Shown here piece by piece: positions 29,791-35,961 of a stretch of DNA of 35,961 nucleotides. Position numbers and translations under genes: made by a program. The DNA is from Allomuricauda sp. Lineage in GTDB: Bacteria > Bacteroidota > Bacteroidia > Flavobacteriales > Flavobacteriaceae. The notes under the pieces are model-generated. The model searched no databases and had not been told where the DNA came from. It worked only from the letters and a program-made list of their open reading frames with translations. Position 1 is the stretch's first letter, and the number at the start of each line of letters is the position of its first letter. The stretch lies in NCBI GenBank assembly GCA_028289745.1, contig JANQOD010000122.1, positions 1 to 35,961 on the forward strand, read 5' to 3'.

Positions 29791-29915
29791 AGGGGACCAA
29801 TCAAAAATTTCAACGCTATTAAAACAATGTCCCAAAATCTGTGGACCCATGAATGGCACAGCACTATTCTGAAAGCTCAAATAACGTTAAAATATTGACG
29901 AACTTACGCCTTATG

Positions 29916-30038
29916 TCATTTGAACAATAGGTAACAAAGGTTCAAGAGCGTGGCCATCGCGAAAAACAATAGTAGTAATCTTTCAAATGTTTTCTTCATA
30001 GCGTAACCCGTGGTTATAGTTTTCTTTTTCGTGTTCAT
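29916..30038 (-). CDS. Putative small single-TM membrane protein (40 aa)
   Basis: ATG at 30038 gives MNTKKKTITTGYAMKKTFERLLLLFFAMATLLNLCYLLFK: basic N-terminus and one hydrophobic helix. No recognisable family. Confidence 0.4.
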   Translation of the reverse strand: MNTKKKTITTGYAMKKTFERLLLLFFAMATLLNLCYLLFK

Positions 30039-30170
30039 TAAAGGTGCCAAAAGAAATCTTGACGCGTAATTTCTCACCGTGCTCTTTTGGGAGGTCGCTA
30101 CTAAACGTAGCCCCGACAAACAATGTTTCGCTCTCGTGTTTACTGTTCATTCTATGTGCCATTAAAAGTT

Positions 30171-30192
30171 AAAAAAGGCCCCGTGAGGGGCC
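30171..30192 (-). terminator. Rho-independent terminator (minus strand)
   Basis: GGCCCC-GTGA-GGGGCC hairpin (30177-30192) with A6 at 30171-30176, i.e. a U6 tail on the minus strand. Confidence 0.8.
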
Positions 30193-30341
30193 CAAATCAA
30201 CCAACCAACTCAAAAATCAATGCCAATTTCATCGACATCAACAATGGGGTGAATCAATTGTCGCTATCTCAGAAGAGTTTTGAGTCTAGGCCGATCAAAG
30301 GGTAAACTATGGTTAGTGTCCATACAGCTTGACCCTATGCC

Positions 30342-30539
30342 TTACTGCTTTAGGCGAACAATCGCATACTTCATTTTTTTACCGCTCTCAATTTTATGGG
30401 CTAAAGGCGCTTCTTTTTTTTTTCTGTGTACTTTTCCCTTTCTATCATTTATCAATGTGGGCAATATGATGAGCATGGCGATAAGAAATGCCAGCAAACT
30501 GATGATGAAAAAAATCTCTGTCAAAAAGGGAAAATCCAT
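30342..30539 (-). CDS. Putative small membrane protein (65 aa)
   Basis: N-terminal hydrophobic helix (IFFIISLLAFLIAMLIILPTLI) and Lys/Arg-rich tail; A-rich leader and promoter-like signals upstream. Confidence 0.55.
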   Translation of the reverse strand: MDFPFLTEIFFIISLLAFLIAMLIILPTLINDRKGKVHRKKKEAPLAHKIESGKKMKYAIVRLKQ

Positions 30540-30593
30540 GTCATTTGTTTTGGCTGTTGATAGGCTTTTTCACCGTGAAAAGCTAAAAGCGCT

Positions 30594-30684
30594 TAAATCT
30601 AACATGGTGCTTACAGAAGGAAGAAAGAAGTAAAAGACCATTTCAATTTATCGACGAAATGCACATAAACATCGATGAAATGCA
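30594..30684 (-). promoter_or_regulatory. Direct-repeat operator (LytTR-like) and -7-like promoter element for the 65-aa ORF
   Basis: ATCGACGAAATGCA (30650-30663) and ATCGATGAAATGCA (30671-30684): 13/14 identical, 21-bp period. The minus strand reads TAGATTTA at 30601-30594, one mismatch from the Bacteroidetes TAnnTTTG. Confidence 0.55.
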
Positions 30685-30712
30685 TGGTTGTGCTTATTTT
30701 TCCTACAATGTC

Positions 30713-32242
30713 TTATTGTCTCAAATATTTGAAAACGGCCTCAAGCAGTTTATGGGCTTCAAAGGGTTTGGTGATCACCTGGTTCATACCCGCTCTTAAG
30801 TATCTTTTGATATCTTCATCAAATGCGTTCGCGGTAATGCCAATGATGGGAACGTCGCAAACCTTGTCAAAGGGCAGTTCGCGTATGATATTGGTAAGAT
30901 GGTCACCCGAAGCATTGGGCAGGTTCACATCCATCAAGATCAAATCATAATCGTTGTTGATCACTTCTTCAATCACTCGTGCCCCATCATTTGTCAATTC
31001 TATATAAAAGTGTTCTGTGTCCGCCAAAATTTTAAACAGTGCCATCTGCACACGTTCGTCGTCTTCGACCAACAACAATCTGTATTTCTTATCCCTTTTC
31101 GAAACGGTGTTTTCAACAATGTTGCCCTCGGTCTTGATAAGTGATTTTGCAATCGAATGCAAAGGATACTTCAGAACAAGGTCAAAGTAGAGCCTCGTGC
31201 CTTTCCCAAGACGTGATTCCATTTTGATCTGGCTGCCCATCAATTCCAAAAGCCCTTTTACGATAGAAAGGCCGATCCCCACCCCCCCTTTGTTGTCATA
31301 TCGGTCAAGGCGTGAGAAGCTTTCAAAAACAAGTTCATGGTTTTCTGGCGAAATACCCATGCCCGTATCAGAGACTTCAAAGTGCAGACTGACCTTGTTG
31401 GCTCTTTTTTGATTTACATCGACCGTAAGCGAAACCGTACCGCTTTCAGTATATTTTATCGCATTTTCAAGTAAGTTGGTCAATACCTGGTACAGTCGCA
31501 AACGGTCTCCTTCCACAAATTCAGGTAATCTTTCGTCTGTATCGACTAAGAATTGCAGTCCTTTGTTTTTTGCCTTGTTGCCATAGGTGAACTCTAGAAG
31601 TTCGAGCAGGTTTGAAAGCTTGAATGCCTTTTCTTTCAATGTCAGTTTTCCCGAGGCCATCATGCTGATGCTCAGTATATCTTCGAGCATTGATTTGAGG
31701 TCGGTGTTGGCCTCTTTGAGAAAATCAAGCAGTTGTTGTTGCTGAACGTTCAAATGGGTTGCCGATAATATATTGGTAATGGAAACTATGCCCGTAAGCG
31801 GATTTCTAAGCTCATGGCTGAAATTTTGAATAAACCTGTTCTTGAACCGTTCACGCTCTTCGAGCTCCTTATTTTTCAGTACGATGAGCTCAGCTTTTAT
31901 AATTGATTCATTTCTTGCCTGTGCAACGGTCTGATATTCTTGATAATATTGGGTATGGTCGATGATGACCATCAATAGTCCGGCCTCTTGGCCAACAATT
32001 CTTATATCGACAATATGCTCATTGTCACCAACTTCGAGATGTACGCAATTGAACGAAAGCTCGTTTTCTTGTATGCCTTCCAAGAAAGAAAGCGTTTCAA
32101 AAAACGGGTGGACCTCGGCAATGGGAGAACCTGTGTGAAAGTGAAAAATGGTCTGGTCGCTTTCCCTTACCGTACCGTCATGGTCCACAAAAACAAATTG
32201 AATGTTCTTGCCAATATATTGCTGTTTATAGCGCTCAAGCAT
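30713..32242 (-). CDS. Soluble hybrid sensor histidine kinase (PAS-like N-terminus, HisKA, HATPase, receiver; 509 aa)
   Basis: H-box FSHELRNPL, N-box VLTNLLENAIKYT, G1 DTGMGI, G2 GVGIGLSIV; receiver LLVEDD...ILMDVNLP...ITANA...TKPF. No hydrophobic TM segment. Confidence 0.93.
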   Translation of the reverse strand: MLERYKQQYIGKNIQFVFVDHDGTVRESDQTIFHFHTGSPIAEVHPFFETLSFLEGIQENELSFNCVHLEVGDNEHIVDIRIVGQEAGLLMVIIDHTQYYQEYQTVAQARNESIIKAELIVLKNKELEERERFKNRFIQNFSHELRNPLTGIVSITNILSATHLNVQQQQLLDFLKEANTDLKSMLEDILSISMMASGKLTLKEKAFKLSNLLELLEFTYGNKAKNKGLQFLVDTDERLPEFVEGDRLRLYQVLTNLLENAIKYTESGTVSLTVDVNQKRANKVSLHFEVSDTGMGISPENHELVFESFSRLDRYDNKGGVGIGLSIVKGLLELMGSQIKMESRLGKGTRLYFDLVLKYPLHSIAKSLIKTEGNIVENTVSKRDKKYRLLLVEDDERVQMALFKILADTEHFYIELTNDGARVIEEVINNDYDLILMDVNLPNASGDHLTNIIRELPFDKVCDVPIIGITANAFDEDIKRYLRAGMNQVITKPFEAHKLLEAVFKYLRQ

Positions 32243-32729
32243 CTTTTAAAAGGGTTGCCATTTGCAGAAACGCATCTTCAACCCATTCACCGGTCTTGGC
32301 ACTTGTAAGAAAGTCAAAAGAAATGTCGTTTTCTTTCAAAAGAATGTTTAAATCGTCTTGATTGACAAGATCCACCTTGTTGCCTATGATCAAAAGGGGA
32401 ACTTCGGGCATTTTTTTCGATAACACCGCAAGGTCTTCCTGTATGTTCTGAAAAGTCGATGGCCGGTTGACATCAAAGACAAAGAAAGCCCCATGGGTAC
32501 CCAGAAGGTATGGGTTTCGAATCATTCTGATATCATCGGTTCCTTCCAAATCCCATAAAATCATTGAAATAGTTTCACCAGATCCGAACCCAACCACTTT
32601 TTTTGAGATATGTACCCCAATGGTGACCTTGTACTTATCAGAAAAGCTATTCTTTACAAATCTTCTGATCAGCGAGGTCTTGCCCACGCCAAAATGGCCC
32701 AAGATGACAATTTTCTTAGATTTTTGCAT
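32235..32729 (-). CDS. Ras-superfamily (Rab-like) small GTPase, 164 aa
   Basis: G1 GHFGVGKTS, G2 YKVTIG, G3 WDLEG, G4 NKVD, G5 TSAK. Stand-alone G domain with no CAAX tail. Confidence 0.92.
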   Translation of the reverse strand: MQKSKKIVILGHFGVGKTSLIRRFVKNSFSDKYKVTIGVHISKKVVGFGSGETISMILWDLEGTDDIRMIRNPYLLGTHGAFFVFDVNRPSTFQNIQEDLAVLSKKMPEVPLLIIGNKVDLVNQDDLNILLKENDISFDFLTSAKTGEWVEDAFLQMATLLKDA

Positions 32730-33567
32730 TGCCGAAGCTTGAGGCCAATTCTCTTTCTATCGTTCTTTTATCAGCTTTTTTGGTCTTCTTTTCAAGAACT
32801 GGAAAATCAACTACCAAATCGACATTCATTGCCATATATCGGTTGTAAAAATCGAAAATGAGATCCTGAAGTCTGTTCTTTGATTTTAGACCGTATGGCC
32901 CGGAAATGACCACTGCCATATAATGGGTGACAAAGCTCTGAAGATGTATCTGATAGAGTTCATACTCAATAAGCTCAAGGCTTTGGTTCTGTTGGTTGAA
33001 CGCATCTTCGACAAATGATTTGATTGCGGTCAGCATGCCCGAAACCATCTCTTCATCGATGGTTTTGGTTTTTGAATAGCTTGCCTTGAGAATGCCTGAA
33101 TCTTTCTCTATCAACAACACCTGCTCTATCTTGGCCGATGCGAGCTGTTGCAAGAGCAGTTCTTTTTTCTTTTTGCCACTGAACAAGGCCTTGAGCCTTA
33201 TCTTCCATTTAGAAATAAAATCGAACTGGCTATCAATTTTTTCAGAAAGCGCTTTCATCTCTTGGGCGATGTATTTTTTGATCATTTTGCCCAAAATGGG
33301 AAAAAGCGCATCGACCACCTCGTCTCTCTGTGTTCGAATCTGTTCCCTTAAGGTTTCGGTAATGGTCGGCCCCAATGTGGTCGGAATGCTCTTGGTAAAT
33401 TCTTCGAGCTGGTTTTCTATGATGGGGTCAACCTTCGAAGACAGGCGCTCTTTTTCATTGACCGTTTTTTCGAGCAGGGCTATTCTTTCTGAAATTTTTT
33501 CAATGTACTCCCGATCGTCGGTGAACAATATGTCCTTAATAATCTCGAGCCTGTCTTTTTCATCCAT
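32716..33567 (-). CDS. Hypothetical protein: helical/coiled-coil N-terminus plus longin/roadblock-like C-terminal domain (283 aa)
   Basis: Long ORF in the operon, overlapping the GTPase start by 14 bp. The C-terminal pattern IEQVLLIEKDSGIL...DEEMVSGMLTAIKSFVEDAF...LELIEY...YMAVVISG suggests a beta-hairpin/helix/beta fold (inference). Confidence 0.8.
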   Translation of the reverse strand: MDEKDRLEIIKDILFTDDREYIEKISERIALLEKTVNEKERLSSKVDPIIENQLEEFTKSIPTTLGPTITETLREQIRTQRDEVVDALFPILGKMIKKYIAQEMKALSEKIDSQFDFISKWKIRLKALFSGKKKKELLLQQLASAKIEQVLLIEKDSGILKASYSKTKTIDEEMVSGMLTAIKSFVEDAFNQQNQSLELIEYELYQIHLQSFVTHYMAVVISGPYGLKSKNRLQDLIFDFYNRYMAMNVDLVVDFPVLEKKTKKADKRTIERELASSFGNAKI

Positions 33568-33587
33568 TACAATGAACTTGTGGCCGG

Positions 33588-33947
33588 TTATTTTTTCTTG
33601 ATTCTTTCACCCAGATCAATCAAAAGCTTGCCCAGCGTTTCTTTGTTGACCGCTTCTGATTGGAGTTCTTCTACCTTGTTCCCAAGGTTCTGCTCTACTT
33701 CGGTGATTCGAATGTTCAGGTCTGTGGAAACATTGTCTATCGATTGGGAGACTTCTGTCTTGACCTCTTCAATAAGTTCGTTCAATACCTTTTTCTTGGC
33801 GATTATGTCTTGCTTGAGCTTTTCGAACTCGGCATCATAGGCCTCAATTTGCTCTCCAAAAATGAGGTTTTTGATCACCTCGATCTTTGATGGCGTCACA
33901 TCGCCACTTTTGTTCAATTCTATTACGGGTCGGTGGGTCTTTGACAT
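33588..33947 (-). CDS. Hypothetical coiled-coil protein (119 aa)
   Basis: E/K/L-rich heptad pattern; first gene of the operon, 20-bp gap to the next gene; A-rich leader (AAACGAACGACC-ATG). Confidence 0.8.
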   Translation of the reverse strand: MSKTHRPVIELNKSGDVTPSKIEVIKNLIFGEQIEAYDAEFEKLKQDIIAKKKVLNELIEEVKTEVSQSIDNVSTDLNIRITEVEQNLGNKVEELQSEAVNKETLGKLLIDLGERIKKK

Positions 33948-34053
33948 GGTCGTTCGTTTACTATTTGTTGAATTAATGGTTTTGCCCCTTTGTGCTAAAA
34001 AGTGGGTTGCGGTTGACTAAGCCCAATGGCTTTGTTCAGGTTCGTTGCAAAGC

Positions 34054-34085
34054 CCAATATAATGAATCTCATGGTACTTATCAAA
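34054..34085 (-). promoter_or_regulatory. Putative Bacteroidetes housekeeping promoter for the GTPase operon
   Basis: Minus strand reads TTTG (34085-34082)-N20-TATATTGG (34061-34054), against the consensus TTTG-N19-21-TAnnTTTG. Confidence 0.5.
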
Positions 34086-34344
34086 GAATGGAAACAAAAG
34101 AACAAAAACCCATAAACAACTCGTTTCGTGTGATTTAGCTGTTCTTGATTTTTCTATTGTGGCGGTATGCGGCAATTGCATGTTTTGCAGCCCACAATAA
34201 AAGGCCATTAATCAAAAAATAGTGTGGTCTACAGCACTGGTCATCTAGATCAAAACATCAATACTGTTGGCATTTGTACCATTCTAAAAGAAAGCACATT
34301 GCCGCTACATTTCTTTTTTTCATATCTTGAAAAAGTCACCGGCC

Positions 34345-35961
34345 ATGAAATACCATTGTTCCATACTGTTCTTTGTAGCCTTACTCACCAACATGGCCCT
34401 GTTTGGTCAAAATTTCAGGTATACTTTCTATGATAAGGACCAAACGCCCTTTGCAAAAGTGAACCAAACTTTGGAAGACCACAGGGGTTTTGTTTGGATT
34501 GCCTCTGACAATGGTCTGTACCGCTTTGATGGTCAAAATTTTCAAGACTTCAACCTTTCACTAAAAAGCAGGCATATTCGATCCATTGTTTCCAAAAATC
34601 AAGATACTGTCGTCTTTTCGAATGACTCGGGCATCTTCAAGCTATATTACGAAGAAGACAACGCCATAATTGTTCCGCTTATGGCCATTGGTGAGGGAAC
34701 AGAAATAGGCTATGCCGATTATCTGTTCGTAGATTCCAAAAAGCATCTTTGGGTAAATTCTCCTGAGGTGGGCATTGTGAAAATTGATTCAAATGGTACT
34801 ATTCTTGACAAATACCCCTTGCCAAAAAGACATGACCACATCTTTTTTGGTGAAGATGGAAACCAGACCCTATGGGCCCTTGCGTCAAATGGAAGTCTTT
34901 TCATCTTCGACAGCTCGATAAACACTTTTATCAATATTCTAAGGTCTGGCAACGTAAGACATTTTTTTGTGGGTGAAGATTACCTCTTTTTGGTAGGCGC
35001 TAAAATCGAGAGGTTTTCCATCAAATCGGGAAGCGTCTTGAAAAAGGAAAAGGAAATCACCGGTACCGGTTTAGTCTTTGACCATATCGCCCGTGATTTG
35101 GCAGGTACTTTTTTTGTTGCCTCAGGAGAATCGTTGTTCACCATTCTTGAAGATGGCAACAATCTTCAAAAAGTATTTGGCTCAAACGATCCGCATAGGG
35201 TCGAGGAGCTTCCCTTTCAAAAAATCAACAGCATCGCCTTTTCTTCAGACCAACTTCGCAAAGGTGGAAAAATATGGGTCGGTTCCACTGCTGGCCTAGG
35301 GCTGTTACAGACCAACTATTTCAAGGGTGTCGAGGGCATGCCCCATGACAATGTGTTCAGTATTGCCACAGGTGTTGACCATAAAGTATTGATCTCGCAG
35401 GGAAACCTCTTTCAAGTAGATGTGAATAAAAACACCAAGTCGTTCAATACTATTTCAGGGACAGACAGGGTAACGGGCATGGGCGTTTATGGTAAAAAAA
35501 GCTACTATGGCACCGCCAATGCTGAAATTGCGGTTTTTGAGAAGCAACAAAGACTGCACACTTATGATTTGGGCAAAAGAGGAGGAGGGGTATTTTTCAT
35601 GTCTGCCGATACTTTTGGTGACATTTGGTTTTGCCAGGCCCCATCTGACAAGCCTTTGAGGGGTGTGGGAAAATTGCGATCAAATGGTCAGCTCAAGTTC
35701 TATGGGGCCGATGAGGGGTTAGATTCTCGAATTCTTGTCATCAGGGAAGGAGGTCGCTCAGAGATTTATGCTGCCGGCATAGGGGCCAGCTCCTATCTCT
35801 TCAAGTACAACAAAGCGGCCGATAATTTTGAGGGCAAGAGCCTGCCATTGCCCCCTGACGTGAGCACCAATTTTGAGGTGCATGACCTTTCTATTGATTC
35901 ACTCGGAATTGTTTGGATGGGAACCACAGATGGCCTGCTCAAGTACGATACCGAAACCGTA
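34345..35961 (+). CDS. Two-component regulator beta-propeller domain protein (3'-truncated by window)
   Basis: Read by hand: open frame from ATG 34345 to the window end (539 codons). Signal-peptide-like MKYHCSILFFVALLTNMALFGQ; repeated propeller blades EDHRGFVWIASDNGLYRFDG, DSKKHLWV, GKIWVGSTAGL, DTFGDIWF, IDSLGIVWMGTTDGLLKYD. Confidence 0.88.
   Translation, partial: MKYHCSILFFVALLTNMALFGQNFRYTFYDKDQTPFAKVNQTLEDHRGFVWIASDNGLYRFDGQNFQDFNLSLKSRHIRSIVSKNQDTVVFSNDSGIFKLYYEEDNAIIVPLMAIGEGTEIGYADYLFVDSKKHLWVNSPEVGIVKIDSNGTILDKYPLPKRHDHIFFGEDGNQTLWALASNGSLFIFDSSINTFINILRSGNVRHFFVGEDYLFLVGAKIERFSIKSGSVLKKEKEITGTGLVFDHIARDLAGTFFVASGESLFTILEDGNNLQKVFGSNDPHRVEELPFQKINSIAFSSDQLRKGGKIWVGSTAGLGLLQTNYFKGVEGMPHDNVFSIATGVDHKVLISQGNLFQVDVNKNTKSFNTISGTDRVTGMGVYGKKSYYGTANAEIAVFEKQQRLHTYDLGKRGGGVFFMSADTFGDIWFCQAPSDKPLRGVGKLRSNGQLKFYGADEGLDSRILVIREGGRSEIYAAGIGASSYLFKYNKAADNFEGKSLPLPPDVSTNFEVHDLSIDSLGIVWMGTTDGLLKYDTETV

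Noticed and set aside
29838-29870. TGGCACAG after the ATPase as a plus-strand sigma54 site
   Set aside because: There is no -12 element at the right distance and no downstream plus-strand gene.
30210-30226. TTGGCATTGATTTTTGA on the minus strand as a sigma54 promoter
   Set aside because: Spacing is GG-N11-GA, one base off the strict -24/-12 spacing.
30280-30633. 117-aa plus-strand ORF
   Set aside because: It has a TTG start, lies antisense to the better-supported 65-aa membrane ORF and its promoter, and shows no recognisable features.
32235-32729. GTPase as eukaryotic contamination or a Roco/LRR fragment
   Set aside because: It is translationally coupled to bacterial genes on both sides and has no COR or LRR domain, prenylation motif or compositional break.
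34017-34433. Short ORFs 34017-34208 (-) and 34224-34433 (+)
   Set aside because: They overlap the putative promoter and the true start of the propeller gene, and lack protein-like features.

Overview
Bacteroidetes DNA, most like Flavobacteriaceae (A-rich translation starts without Shine-Dalgarno sites, TAnnTT(T/G)G-type promoters, gene content). Bases 1-29790 hold a co-oriented tandem array of at least 12 paralogous ~790-820 aa MacB/FtsX-type ABC permeases (the first is cut by the window edge), closed by one ABC ATPase with a non-canonical D-loop and a changed residue after the signature. The spacers contain REP-like palindromic repeats, and one spacer has a sigma54-type promoter layout (two TGT-N11-ACA boxes, an IHF consensus site and a -24/-12 element). 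Bases 29.8-30.7 kb contain two tiny minus-strand membrane-protein ORFs, a terminator preceded by a (GUUG)3 tract that may be a small RNA, and a 21-bp-spaced direct repeat resembling a LytTR-family operator. Bases 30.7-33.95 kb are a minus-strand four-gene operon: coiled-coil protein, helical protein with a longin/roadblock-like domain, Rab/Ras-like small GTPase, and soluble hybrid histidine kinase. This is the best candidate for a poorly understood signalling system. A divergent beta-propeller sensor-type gene, missing from the ORF track, runs off the right end. All family assignments come from reading motifs by eye; no searches were run.
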